From: Clostridia bacterium
GTDB lineage: Bacteria > Bacillota > Clostridia > Christensenellales > CAG-138
Direction: 5' to 3'
Length of the DNA stretch: 64,000 nt
Assembly: GCA_045603585.1 (NCBI GenBank)
Contig: JAZUMK010000042.1
Span: 10,171 to 74,170 of the forward strand
The translations under genes and the position numbers were made by a program. The notes beneath the pieces are model-generated. The model had not been told where the DNA came from. It saw only the letters and a list, made by a program, of their open reading frames with translations, and searched no databases. Numbering within the stretch: position 1 is the stretch's first letter; each line of letters opens with the position of its first letter. Below are positions 1-9,836 of this stretch, in pieces.

Positions 1-1202
1 GCGGCCTGCTCCGGGGTGCGGAAGCAATCCCGATAGAGGGAGTTTTCCTTCATGGTTTCCACGGCGGTTTCAATTGCGGGATTGGTTTCATCCAGCACAA
101 AGTACGCATGAAGGTTGAGGAACTTTGCGCAGCGGATTATTGCAAGGGCGGCGCCCACGCAGTCCATATCCGGCATGGAATGGCCCACGATGAATACATT
201 GTCCGAGGCCTCCATAAGCTGCCTGAGGGCCTCTGCGAAAAGGCGGGTCTTTACGCGGGAATTGCGGGTGGTTACCTGACGCTTGCCGCCAAAGAAGGAA
301 TAGCCGCTGCCCCGCTTTATTACGGCCTGATCGCCGCCGCGGCCAAGGGCCAGCTGCATGGCGTTTCGTGCGGATTCATCAGAGGCGGCTATGCGGTCCG
401 CAACGCCCACGGATATGGACAGGGTAACGGACTGGCCTGTGCCGGTGTCTATTTCCCTTACGGCATCCAGCAGGGCAAAGCGCTGCTGCTCGATATCTGC
501 CAGATATTTGGCCTCAAATACAAAGATAAACTTGCTGTTGTCATAGCGGCGGTATACGCCGTTTATGGAGGAGACAAAGCTGCTTATCTTATCTTCCACA
601 TCGGAGAGCACCGTGTTGCGGTGAAACTGGCGGTCTGTCATCAGGTCGTCGTAATTATCCACCTGCACCAGGCCTATTGTGGGCATATTTTCCTCGTAAA
701 GGCGGGAATAGTGCAGCGCCTCTGTTCTGTCCAGCCAATACTGGAAGGTGAGCCGCTTTTCGCTCTTTATGCGCTGGATGGGCATGCTGATAAGCTGGAA
801 GGAGCGGCCGTTGTAATCTATGGACTGGGCCTGATTGGGAAAGCGGGGGTCCATATTGGGAATAAGGCGGCATATATCGTTGCCGGAATACATTGAGGAA
901 AAGGCATCGTTTGTCCATACGATGCGGCCCTCGGTATCAAAAAGCAGGCAGGGGATGGCGATGTTGGTTATCACGTTGCCTGCGGTGGTGTCGTTTTCCC
1001 GGAATATCTCGTTCATGGAGCTGTTTACCGCCCTCTTGTAGGAAAGGGTGGCGATAAGTCCCGCAAGGAAGGATATTATGCATGCCGCGGTGATGAGGGA
1101 AAGCAGCCATGCAGGCTGAAAGCCTCTTATCCCAAGGAGAAGGCATGCCAGAAGACCCGCTATAAAAAGCGGCACGAAGGCAAGATGAGGATTTCTGTCC
1201 AT
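1..1202 (-). CDS. gdpP: cyclic-di-AMP phosphodiesterase GdpP (YybT type), N-terminal ~400 aa; the 3' end runs off the window
   Basis: Manual minus-strand translation from the ATG at 1202..1200 (GGGGGA RBS upstream) stays open to position 1. It reads MDRNPHLAFVPLFIAGLL..., with two N-terminal TM helices, a PAS-like segment, a degenerate GGDEF segment (ALGRGGDQAVIK) and the start of a DHH domain (FIVGHSMPDMDCVGAA). It is absent from the ORF track because it has no in-window stop. Synteny with the yybS-like gene upstream supports the call. Confidence 0.8.
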   Translation of the reverse strand, partial: MDRNPHLAFVPLFIAGLLACLLLGIRGFQPAWLLSLITAACIISFLAGLIATLSYKRAVNSSMNEIFRENDTTAGNVITNIAIPCLLFDTEGRIVWTNDAFSSMYSGNDICRLIPNMDPRFPNQAQSIDYNGRSFQLISMPIQRIKSEKRLTFQYWLDRTEALHYSRLYEENMPTIGLVQVDNYDDLMTDRQFHRNTVLSDVEDKISSFVSSINGVYRRYDNSKFIFVFEAKYLADIEQQRFALLDAVREIDTGTGQSVTLSISVGVADRIAASDESARNAMQLALGRGGDQAVIKRGSGYSFFGGKRQVTTRNSRVKTRLFAEALRQLMEASDNVFIVGHSMPDMDCVGAALAIIRCAKFLNLHAYFVLDETNPAIETAVETMKENSLYRDCFRTPEQA

Positions 1203-1237
1203 GTTTTGTCCCCCGAAAAAGAAAGATGAGGTAAAAA

Positions 1238-2188
1238 TCAGCGCTTTGTTCTGTCTATGCCGAAGCGTATGCCCAGCAGTTTATCCGCAAGACCCATTAT
1301 GCACAGGCCGTACAGACTGTATGGGAAAAGGGCGATGAGAAGTATGGTGCTGAATATCAGGAAGCCTCTGCCTCTGCGCTTGTTCTTGATGGCGAATACC
1401 AAAAAGCACAGACCCATCAGCATATAGGGGCAGACCACTATCATGGTAAGGGCCAGAAGTATTGCGGAGGCGTTGTTTATGGAGGAGAAGGATACGATAA
1501 ACGCGCCTACCACCAGTATCAGCGCACCCTTGTAGAAGGAGCGGGAAAGCTGCCATTTTGTAAAGGAGGCCATGGGCTTGGTATCCGCTTTGAACTTTTT
1601 GCAAAGGCCCTTGGCGATGAGCACATTCAATAAGCCTGCCAGCAGGGAGGTTCCCACGATGCTCAGCACCGCAATGTCAGGCGCGCTGCGCTTGAGGAAG
1701 GCTGCAAAGAACTCCACCTGCTCCATGGCGGCCTGTTCAAGGCCCATCTGGGCGGCGCTTTCCACTGCGGCGTCCGCAAAGAATGCTGCATATTCGATAT
1801 AATAGGCAAAGGGATCCCCCAGCTCTATGAGGGGCATAAGGCAGGAAGCGGCATACTGGCTGAGGCCTGCGGCAAAGGCGCAGTATGTAACGGCGGAGCG
1901 GTATGCGCCCTTTTTCCTGAAGATGCAGGTGATTATGAAGCTCTGGCTCAGCAGCATTGCGGCGTAGCCTGCGCAGTTTGCCATGCCCAATGCGGGAACG
2001 TTTGCAAATATCACGCCGCAGGCAGCGGCGGAAGCAATGCCCAATGCGCCGTAGCCCCATGCAGTGCCGATGCAGCCAAACAATCCGGGGAATATCATAA
2101 GAAGCAGGGGAAGTATGCCGGCGGCCGCACCGGCGGCAAGGCCGGATATGGCGGAGATAACTCCCTGTTTCGCAGTTAACTTCTTCAA
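1238..2188 (-). CDS. YybS-like (DUF2232) polytopic membrane protein
   Basis: 316-aa strongly hydrophobic ORF lying directly upstream of gdpP on the same strand, as in the Bacillus yybS-yybT operon. Confidence 0.65.
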   Translation of the reverse strand: MKKLTAKQGVISAISGLAAGAAAGILPLLLMIFPGLFGCIGTAWGYGALGIASAAACGVIFANVPALGMANCAGYAAMLLSQSFIITCIFRKKGAYRSAVTYCAFAAGLSQYAASCLMPLIELGDPFAYYIEYAAFFADAAVESAAQMGLEQAAMEQVEFFAAFLKRSAPDIAVLSIVGTSLLAGLLNVLIAKGLCKKFKADTKPMASFTKWQLSRSFYKGALILVVGAFIVSFSSINNASAILLALTMIVVCPYMLMGLCFLVFAIKNKRRGRGFLIFSTILLIALFPYSLYGLCIMGLADKLLGIRFGIDRTKR

Positions 2189-2267
2189 GTAAATATGCCT
2201 CCTTGGCAGGTGTGTATTCGTATAGATATTTTATTATACATCCAATTCCGTTTTTTAACAAACACAA

Positions 2268-2296
2268 ATAAAAAAAGCCCCCATGAAAAGGGGGCA
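2268..2296 (-). terminator. intrinsic terminator after the serpin gene
   Basis: Stem GCCCCC/GGGGGC (2277..2282 / 2290..2295), followed by a T-run on the minus strand. Confidence 0.6.
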
Positions 2297-2309
2297 TGCA
2301 AAGCTGCTG

Positions 2310-3545
2310 TTATGCGGGCATATCGTATGCGCCAAGGAACAGGGGCAGCCCTGTTTCGATTTCTACTACGGCGTAGAGGAAGGGGCGGTCGAAATAGATG
2401 GGGATGGGCATCTCCATGGAGGCTTCTTCCGTTGCCGCGGCTTCGGTTACGGCGGCGGCCTCGGTGCCCTCTTCGTCCACGATTATCTTTACCTTCTGAT
2501 AAACTTCGGAAAGATACAGCTTCCCGTTGGGGCCGCTGCCCATGGGGATAAAGTTTGCAAGGTCGGGATCAAAGGCGGGAGAAAGACCAAGGGCGATAAG
2601 GTCCTCCGTCATGGAGCGGTCGTATTCAAAATCAAACTTGGGCAGCCTGAGGTGAGCAAGCTCCTCCTTTGCGGACTGAACAGTGCTCAGCAGCTTTTCC
2701 CCTGTGAGGGAGGAAACGTATTCTGCTAAATCCTCCTCGGGAAGAAGGGCGATAAAGGCCAGCTTTTCATCCTTATAGGGCAGCAGTATGCCGCTTGCGT
2801 CTTCTGTTTTAATATAGTTCAGATAGCCGTCTATGCTCATGAAGTCGGTCTGCATCTCCTCGCCTTCAGCTGTGGTGAAGGTGCTTTGGTGAGTGCGCCA
2901 TCCCTCAAAGGGACGCTGCCATTTTGCGTTCATGTACAGGGCATTCAGCAGCACCAGCATGGTATTTTCGGGATAGGGCTGGTCGTGCAGGGTGGGGATC
3001 AGGCCCTTGGTTTTGCTTTTTACCCAGTTGTTTATGGCCTGCATGTCCGCCTTTGAGGAAAGGTCCGCCATAAATACGTCCGCATCCATATGGGTGACGA
3101 TGGCGCGGAGGTAGTCCTCCTTTATCTGGGAGGAATCGTCACACCATGCGGAGCAGGCAAGGGCAAGCTCTGTGCCGCCGCCGATTTTTTCCAGCGAGGA
3201 CATAAGGGTGCGGCAGATGAGGTTTGTATAGTACATATCCGCCCCCATCACCTGCTCAAAGGCGGCAAGGGTATCGCCGTCCGCGCCGTTCATTGCCATG
3301 GCAAGGCAGATGTATGCGGACAGGGGAGATATGACGGGATTGGGCTCGCCTTCCTGTACAGCGCCGCTTAACAGCTTTGCGCCAAGATCGCCTATTGGGG
3401 AAAAGTCACCTGCGGCCTCTGCGGTAACGTCCAGCGGGGTTATTTTGTCGCCGGTGAGTATGTGGGCATGAATGGTGTTATGGGCGCAGCCTGTAAGCAT
3501 GGCTATGCACAGAATAAGCGCGGCAATGGGGATAATACGCTTCAT
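2310..3545 (-). CDS. serpin-family serine protease inhibitor, lipoprotein-anchored
   Basis: N-terminal lipobox (LTGC). Serpin hinge and reactive-centre-loop region DEEGTEAAAVTEAAA, and C-terminal FDRPFLYAVVE motif. Confidence 0.8.
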   Translation of the reverse strand: MKRIIPIAALILCIAMLTGCAHNTIHAHILTGDKITPLDVTAEAAGDFSPIGDLGAKLLSGAVQEGEPNPVISPLSAYICLAMAMNGADGDTLAAFEQVMGADMYYTNLICRTLMSSLEKIGGGTELALACSAWCDDSSQIKEDYLRAIVTHMDADVFMADLSSKADMQAINNWVKSKTKGLIPTLHDQPYPENTMLVLLNALYMNAKWQRPFEGWRTHQSTFTTAEGEEMQTDFMSIDGYLNYIKTEDASGILLPYKDEKLAFIALLPEEDLAEYVSSLTGEKLLSTVQSAKEELAHLRLPKFDFEYDRSMTEDLIALGLSPAFDPDLANFIPMGSGPNGKLYLSEVYQKVKIIVDEEGTEAAAVTEAAATEEASMEMPIPIYFDRPFLYAVVEIETGLPLFLGAYDMPA

Positions 3546-3720
3546 GGTATGCTCTCCTTCAGTGGGATGATACTATTATAACGTGTGAAATACCCCAAAG
3601 GTTGCGGGAGGCAAAGAATTAATATATTTTTTACCTATTCAAGCAATATATGGAATGGTACAATAAAAATGGAAGAGGATGGACTGCCTTCCTCTGTATC
3701 GAAAGGAGATATGAGCGTTT

Positions 3721-4677
3721 ATGAAGATAGTGGTGCTGGATGGCTATACCGAAAACCCCGGAGATCTTTCCTGGGCGCAGCTTGAGGAGCTGGGGGAGCT
3801 TACCGTATATGATCGTACCCCGGCAGATAAGGTAATTGAGCGCATCGGAGATGCAGAGATAGTGTTAACCAACAAAACCCCCATCACCGGAGAGACCATG
3901 CAGGCCTGCCCCAATATGAAATTCATAAGCGTACTTGCCACAGGCTATAATATCGTGGACTGCGCCGCCGCAAAGGAGCGGGGGATTCCCATTTCCAATG
4001 TGCCCACCTACGGCACTGCCTCGGTTGCCCAGTTTGCAATAGCACTGTTGCTTGAGGTGTGCCATCATGTGGCCCATCACGACAGGGCAGTTCATGAGGG
4101 CAGATGGGAAAGCAATCCGGACTGGTGCTTTTGGGATTATCCCCTCATTGAGCTTGCGGGGAAAACCATGGGCATAATCGGCCTTGGCCGCATCGGTCAG
4201 GCCACAGCCCGCATCGCAAAGGCGCTGGGCATGCGGGTCATCGCATCGGATAACGTGCACAGCGAAGCGGGGGCACAGGCCGCAGAATACGTTGAGCTGG
4301 ATACGCTCCTTGCGGAAGCTGATGTTATCGCGCTGCATTGTCCTCTTTTCCCCGAAACCCAGGGTATCATCAATAAAAATACCATCGCAAGAATGAAGGA
4401 CGGCGTAATAATCATAAACAACAGCCGGGGTCAGCTGGTGGTGGAGCAGGATCTTGCGGATGCCCTCAACAGCGGCAAGGTATACGCCGCAGGGCTGGAC
4501 GTGGTATCCACAGAGCCCATCAAGGGCGACAATCCTCTGCTCAGCGCGAAGAACTGCATAATCACCCCCCATATCAGCTGGGCGCCAAAGGAGAGCCGCA
4601 TGCGCATAATGGATATATCCGCAGATAATCTCAAGGCGTTTTTGGCCGGAAGCCCCATAAACGTGGTGAATAAATAA
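3721..4677 (+). CDS. D-2-hydroxyacid dehydrogenase (glycerate dehydrogenase / hydroxypyruvate reductase-like)
   Basis: MKIVVLDGY... N-terminus, NAD-binding GIIGLGRIG motif, and the catalytic region typical of D-isomer-specific 2-hydroxyacid dehydrogenases. Confidence 0.8.
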   Translation: MKIVVLDGYTENPGDLSWAQLEELGELTVYDRTPADKVIERIGDAEIVLTNKTPITGETMQACPNMKFISVLATGYNIVDCAAAKERGIPISNVPTYGTASVAQFAIALLLEVCHHVAHHDRAVHEGRWESNPDWCFWDYPLIELAGKTMGIIGLGRIGQATARIAKALGMRVIASDNVHSEAGAQAAEYVELDTLLAEADVIALHCPLFPETQGIINKNTIARMKDGVIIINNSRGQLVVEQDLADALNSGKVYAAGLDVVSTEPIKGDNPLLSAKNCIITPHISWAPKESRMRIMDISADNLKAFLAGSPINVVNK

Positions 4678-4701
4678 TAATTCCAAAAGGAAGATAAAAC
4701 A

Positions 4702-5931
4702 ATGAGCATCAGAAGCGACGCGAATTTTATAATTGAGCGGGCAATTGCCGCAGCAATGCCGGATGAGGCGGTGCGCAAGGCGCTGAGCGCAGTGGAGCTG
4801 CCGGATAAGGTATATCTTGTTGCCATAGGCAAGGCCGGCGCCCAGATGGCAAAGGCCGCATACGCCCAGCTGGGGGATAAGATACAGCAGGGCGTTGCCA
4901 TAACCAAGTACGATCATTCTGACGGAGACATTGGCCCCATCAAGGTATTTGAAGCAGGCCATCCCGTATTGGACGAAAACTCCGTCAAGGCAACCGATGA
5001 GGTGCTTAAGATAGTGGAAGGCCTTGGCGCAGAGGACACCGTGATATTCCTGGTTTCCGGCGGCGGCTCTGCCCTGTTTGAAAGCCCCCTTGTGGACCTT
5101 GAGGAGCTGCAGGATATAAATAAGCAGCTGCTTTCATCCGGTGCGGATATAGTGGAAATGAACACCATACGCAAGCGGCTTTCTGCCGTAAAGGGCGGAA
5201 AGTTTGCCTTGGCCTGCGCTCCCGCAAGGGTGGTATCCGTGGTGCTGTCGGATATTATCGGCGATCCTCTGGATATGATAGCTTCAGGTCCCGCCTATCC
5301 CGATGCTTCCACCTGCGATGATGCCCTTGCAATAGCGGAAAAGTATGAGCTGGATCTTTCCGTGGATGCGCTGGAGCTGCTGCATCAGGAAACGCCGGAT
5401 GCGCTGGACAACGTGGAAACATACGTTACCGGCAGCGTTCGCCAGCTTTGCGCCGCTGCGGCAGAGGCCGCAGAGGAGCTGGGCTATAAGCCTGTGGTGC
5501 TTACCGCAAGCCTTTGCTGCGAGGCAAAGGACGCAGGCAGCTTCCTTGCTTCCATTGCACAGTATCATCAGGATACTGCGGAGTCCCTTGCATTTATAGC
5601 GGGAGGCGAGACGGTCGTGCGTATTACCGGCGAAGGCCTTGGCGGAAGAAATCAGGAGCTTGCCCTGTCGGCGGCAGCGGGCATTGCGGGCTTTGAAAAC
5701 ACCGCGGTATTTTCCGTTGGCTCTGACGGCACCGACGGCCCCACAGATGCGGCAGGCGGCTATGCGGATGGCGACACCGCCCCCGCCCTTGCAAAGCTGG
5801 GAGTATCCATAGATGCCGTACTCAAGGCAAATGACTCGTATTATGCATTGCGGAATGTGGACGGCCTTGTTTTCACAGGCCCCACCGGTACCAATGTAAA
5901 CGACGTATGCTGCCTGCTGATAAAGAGGTAA
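4702..5931 (+). CDS. glycerate 2-kinase (DUF4147/MOFRL family)
   Basis: GGETVV...GLGGRNQELALSAA and GTDGTDGPTDAAG motifs typical of MOFRL glycerate kinases. It is adjacent to the glycerate dehydrogenase-like gene. Confidence 0.75.
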   Translation: MSIRSDANFIIERAIAAAMPDEAVRKALSAVELPDKVYLVAIGKAGAQMAKAAYAQLGDKIQQGVAITKYDHSDGDIGPIKVFEAGHPVLDENSVKATDEVLKIVEGLGAEDTVIFLVSGGGSALFESPLVDLEELQDINKQLLSSGADIVEMNTIRKRLSAVKGGKFALACAPARVVSVVLSDIIGDPLDMIASGPAYPDASTCDDALAIAEKYELDLSVDALELLHQETPDALDNVETYVTGSVRQLCAAAAEAAEELGYKPVVLTASLCCEAKDAGSFLASIAQYHQDTAESLAFIAGGETVVRITGEGLGGRNQELALSAAAGIAGFENTAVFSVGSDGTDGPTDAAGGYADGDTAPALAKLGVSIDAVLKANDSYYALRNVDGLVFTGPTGTNVNDVCCLLIKR

Positions 5932-5937
5932 TACCAT

Positions 5938-6258
5938 ATGAAAAAATACAAGCTTGAAGCATCGGCTGTGCTTATGCAGCTGGTCGTATTTTATCTGCTC
6001 CCCCTTATCGCAATCAAGCTGGGGCCCATCATGATGGTAATGATAATGCTGGTTGCAACGGGCGCAATCGCGGCTTTTCTGGGCTGCTGGTCAAATAAAA
6101 GCATAAAGTATTTTCTGCCTGTGGCTGCGGCGCTGCTGTTTATGCCCAGCGTGCCGCTGTATTACAATTCTTCCGCCCTGCTGCAGACCCTGTGGTATTT
6201 TGCCATGTCTGCCGTGGGCATGGGAATAGGCTCGCTGGTAGGCAAGGTAAGGGGATAA
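5938..6258 (+). CDS. small membrane protein, unknown function
   Basis: 106-aa ORF with 3 hydrophobic helices, tightly following the previous gene and followed by a terminator. Confidence 0.5.
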   Translation: MKKYKLEASAVLMQLVVFYLLPLIAIKLGPIMMVMIMLVATGAIAAFLGCWSNKSIKYFLPVAAALLFMPSVPLYYNSSALLQTLWYFAMSAVGMGIGSLVGKVRG

Positions 6259-6296
6259 AAAACGGCACAAAATTTTCCAAACCGCAAACACAAACA

Positions 6297-6325
6297 GGGA
6301 CAGCATGGCTTTGCTGTCCTTTTTT
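6297..6325 (+). terminator. intrinsic terminator
   Basis: Stem GGGACAGCA/TGCTGTCC followed by TTTTTT. Confidence 0.7.
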
Positions 6326-6470
6326 GCAGCACAAAGTGAAAAAATACGGTCATATTCTCTGTGCTTTTTTGTGCATATGTCCGGTAAGTGTGCTATACTA
6401 TATCCACAGATAATTCGTTCGCATTCATTTCAAAATAATATCAAATCAATTTTCAATAACGGAGGAGTTT

Positions 6471-8441
6471 ATGGCAACAGACATACGCTATCTTAATTTG
6501 CTTTCAAGGGAGTTCCCCTCTGTGGATTCCGCAAGCGCGGAAATTATAAAGCTGCAGGCAATACGCAGCCTGCCCAAGGGCACCGAGCACTTCATGAGCG
6601 ATATTCACGGCGAGCATGAGGCTTTTCTGCATATTCTGGGCAATGCATCCGGCGCAATTTACGAAAAAATCGACGAGCTGTTTGAGCATGCCCTCACCCC
6701 CGAGGAAAGGCGCAGCCTTGCAGTGCTGATATACTATCCTTCCGAAACCCTCCACGAAATAAAGTCCGGCATGACTGCAGGCATGTCCGATTGGTACAGG
6801 ATAACCATACACCGGCTCATCGAGATGGCCCGCTATACCGCCTCCAAATATTCCCGCTCCAAGGTTCGTCAGGCAATGCCCGAGGAATATGCCTACATAA
6901 TGGAAGAGCTGCTCAAGTCTCAGGATCAGCGCAACAGGCAGCATTATCACGATAACATTATCCGTTCCATAATAGATACCGATGTTGCGGATACCTTCAT
7001 CGTGGCCTTCTGCACCTTCATCAAGCGCATGGCCGTGGATACTCTGCATATAGTAGGCGATATATTCGACAGAGGCCCCCATGCGGACGTTATACTTGAT
7101 CATCTTATGGAGCATCACAGCGTGGATATCCAGTGGGGCAATCACGACGTGCTGTGGATGGGTGCAGCGGCAGGCAATCCCGCCTGCGTTGCCGTAGCGG
7201 TAAAGAACTGCCTCCATTACGACAATCTGGACATGCTGGAAAATGCCTACGGCATAAACCTGCTTAACCTTGCCATATTCAGCGACAGGATCTACGGCGA
7301 TGCGGAGGTATTCCATCCCCGCAACATGCCTGCAGGCCACCGCCTGCCTCAGGACGAGGTGCTGTTCTCCCGCATGCATAAGGCCATGTGCGTAATACAG
7401 TTCAAGCTGGAAGGCCAGCTGATAAAGCGCAGGCCGGAATACAACATGGACGACCGCGATGTGCTGTCCCGGGTGGATTACGAAAAGGGCACCCTTGAGG
7501 TGGATGGGGTTGAATATCCCCTCAGGGACAATCATTTCCCCACCATCGATCCCAAGGACCCCACGAAGCTTACCAAAGAGGAGCAGGATGTTATAGACCA
7601 GCTGGTATCCAGCTTCCAGCGCAGCGAAAAGCTGCAGACCCATGCCCGCTTCCTTTATTCCGTAGGCGCGATATACCGCTGTCATAACGGCAATCTGCTG
7701 TATCACGGCTGTATCCCCTGCACCGAGGACGGCGAATTCCAGGAATTCACCCTTTATTCCGATAAGCCCCTCAAGGGAAAAGCGTATCTGGACTGGGCAG
7801 ACCGTCTTGCCCGTCAGGGCTACTTTGCCCCCGAGGGCAGCATGGAGCGTGAGCGCGGCAAGGACTTCCTCTGGTTCCTGTGGTGCGGACGCAATTCACC
7901 AATATTCGGCCGTACACACATAGCCACATTTGAACGCACCCTCATCGAGGACAAAAACGCATGGCCCGAACCCAAGAACCCCTATTATAAGTTCTACGGC
8001 GATGAGGAATTCTGCCGCAAGATACTGGATGATTTTGGCCTGCATAAGCCCTGGAGCCGCATTATCAACGGCCATATTCCCGTAAAGGTAAAAGAGGGCG
8101 AAGACCCTCGTAAGGCCGGCGGACGGCTGGTGGTGATCGACGGCGGATTCTGCAAGGCATATCAGAAGCAGACCGGAATAGCAGGCTATACCATGTTCTT
8201 CAGCTCCCACGGTATGCGCATAGCCTCCCATGAGCCCTTTACCACCAGAAGCGATGCTATTTACGGCAAGAAGGATATAACCTCCCATTCATTCATAGTG
8301 GAAAACCTGCCCAGACGTCTGCTTATTGCGGATACCGACCTTGGCGAGGAGCTTGCCCAGAGAATATCCGACCTTAAGGAGCTGCTGGCAGCATACCGCG
8401 CCGGTAAGATAAGGACGGACGGCACCGGAGTAAACATATAA
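6471..8441 (+). CDS. fbp: fructose-1,6-bisphosphatase class 3
   Basis: 656 aa. The N-terminus MATDIRYLNLLSREFPS and the metallophosphoesterase motifs (GDIFDRGP, GNHD) match Firmicutes-type FBPase III. Confidence 0.9.
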   Translation: MATDIRYLNLLSREFPSVDSASAEIIKLQAIRSLPKGTEHFMSDIHGEHEAFLHILGNASGAIYEKIDELFEHALTPEERRSLAVLIYYPSETLHEIKSGMTAGMSDWYRITIHRLIEMARYTASKYSRSKVRQAMPEEYAYIMEELLKSQDQRNRQHYHDNIIRSIIDTDVADTFIVAFCTFIKRMAVDTLHIVGDIFDRGPHADVILDHLMEHHSVDIQWGNHDVLWMGAAAGNPACVAVAVKNCLHYDNLDMLENAYGINLLNLAIFSDRIYGDAEVFHPRNMPAGHRLPQDEVLFSRMHKAMCVIQFKLEGQLIKRRPEYNMDDRDVLSRVDYEKGTLEVDGVEYPLRDNHFPTIDPKDPTKLTKEEQDVIDQLVSSFQRSEKLQTHARFLYSVGAIYRCHNGNLLYHGCIPCTEDGEFQEFTLYSDKPLKGKAYLDWADRLARQGYFAPEGSMERERGKDFLWFLWCGRNSPIFGRTHIATFERTLIEDKNAWPEPKNPYYKFYGDEEFCRKILDDFGLHKPWSRIINGHIPVKVKEGEDPRKAGGRLVVIDGGFCKAYQKQTGIAGYTMFFSSHGMRIASHEPFTTRSDAIYGKKDITSHSFIVENLPRRLLIADTDLGEELAQRISDLKELLAAYRAGKIRTDGTGVNI

Positions 8442-8468
8442 CAGGCAAAATATAAGGAGAATTGGCAT

Positions 8469-9452
8469 ATGAAAGAATTTTCTGATTTCCCGCGGATATC
8501 CCTGGGCATACTGCCCACTCCCATGTACAGGCTGCCCAATATCAGCAGGCTGCTTGGCAAAAATGTATACGTAAAGCGTGACGATATGACAGGCGTTGCC
8601 CTTGGCGGCAACAAAGTGCGCAAGCTGGAGTTTCTCATTGCGGACGCAATGGAGCAGGGCTGCGATTATATGCTGACCACCGGCGGAGCCCAGAGCAATC
8701 ATGCCATGCTTACCGCAGCCTGCTGCAGCAGGCTGGGCCTTGGCTGCATACTCGTGCTGCAGAAGCGGGGCGTATGGCAGAAGCTGGGCAATCAGATAAT
8801 CAACAGCCTGCTGGGCGTGGATGTGCGCTTTGTGGATACCGATAATTTTGACGAAGTATATGCCGAAATGGAGCGCATCTGCGACGAGCTGCGTGCGCAG
8901 GGGCATAAGCCCTGTCTGGTGCCCATGGGCGGCTCTGTGCCCAGGGGCTCGCTGGGCTATGTGAACGCCGCAAAGGAAGCCATTGAGCAGGCAAAGGCCA
9001 TGGGCGTGACCTTTGATGACATAGTATGCTGCACCGGCAGCGGAGGTACCCATGCAGGTATGGACCTTGGCGCAAGGCTGTATTCTCCTTCCACCCGTGT
9101 AACCGGCATTGCCGTAAGCGATACCGAGTTTAAGCCCATCGTTGCAGACCTTGTAAACGGCGCGGCGGAGCTGATGGAAGCGGAGGTAAAAGTAGCTGCT
9201 GAGGATATAAACGTATACAAGTGCTTTGGTGCAGGCTATGCCATTCCATCCGCAGCGGGTGTTGAGGCCGTAAAGCTGATGGCAAAGCAGGAAGGCATAA
9301 TACTTGACCCCGTTTATACCGGCAAAACCTTCGCAGGTCTCCTTCAGCTTGCACAGCAGGGCTACTTTGAGGGCAGGGAAAACATCCTCTTCCTCCACAG
9401 CGGCGGCGCCGGCGGCCTGTTCGCTATCGATATGGATCATACGGAAGGATAG
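8469..9452 (+). CDS. PLP-dependent D-cysteine desulfhydrase / ACC deaminase family enzyme
   Basis: GGNKVRKLEFL motif and the overall tryptophan-synthase-beta-like pattern. Confidence 0.8.
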   Translation: MKEFSDFPRISLGILPTPMYRLPNISRLLGKNVYVKRDDMTGVALGGNKVRKLEFLIADAMEQGCDYMLTTGGAQSNHAMLTAACCSRLGLGCILVLQKRGVWQKLGNQIINSLLGVDVRFVDTDNFDEVYAEMERICDELRAQGHKPCLVPMGGSVPRGSLGYVNAAKEAIEQAKAMGVTFDDIVCCTGSGGTHAGMDLGARLYSPSTRVTGIAVSDTEFKPIVADLVNGAAELMEAEVKVAAEDINVYKCFGAGYAIPSAAGVEAVKLMAKQEGIILDPVYTGKTFAGLLQLAQQGYFEGRENILFLHSGGAGGLFAIDMDHTEG

Positions 9453-9836
9453 TAAGCTATGTTTATCTTCTTTTCTTTTTCTTTTCGGGAGAAAAGAAAA
9501 ACGAAAAGAAGCAAAAGAAAAAGAAAAGCCAAAGGGAAATATAATAAAAGTGGTATGCGATAGTGCGTACCACTTTTGCTTTTGAGGATGGTTATGTGTT
9601 TTGGCAGGAATGTTATCCGTCTTTGCCGTAGGCAAAGATACCTTAAAAGGGTGGTGGGCGGGAATGGATAATGCTTTATCCGCCAAACACAAATTCGGCC
9701 TCCCATCGAGGCCGAATTTGGATAGCACGTATATGTATGTTTAATAATTTGTTTTACGTTATTCTTTGGCGCTTTCTTTTAAAGAAAGTGCGACTTTTTT
9801 GGTTCTTTTTTCTTAGAAAAAAGAACATATCAAAAC

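Noticed and set aside
108-896. 262-aa plus-strand ORF at the left edge
   Set aside because: It is the antisense shadow of the gdpP gene (minus strand, 1..1202). Its sequence is Ala/Gly/His-rich low-complexity with no RBS, while the minus-strand frame gives clear GdpP motifs.
8289-9728. 479-aa minus-strand ORF spanning the D-cysteine desulfhydrase gene and the low-complexity spacer
   Set aside because: It is antisense to a well-supported PLP enzyme gene. Its composition is typical of GC-rich shadow frames, and its N-terminal part runs through the polypurine/polypyrimidine hairpins.
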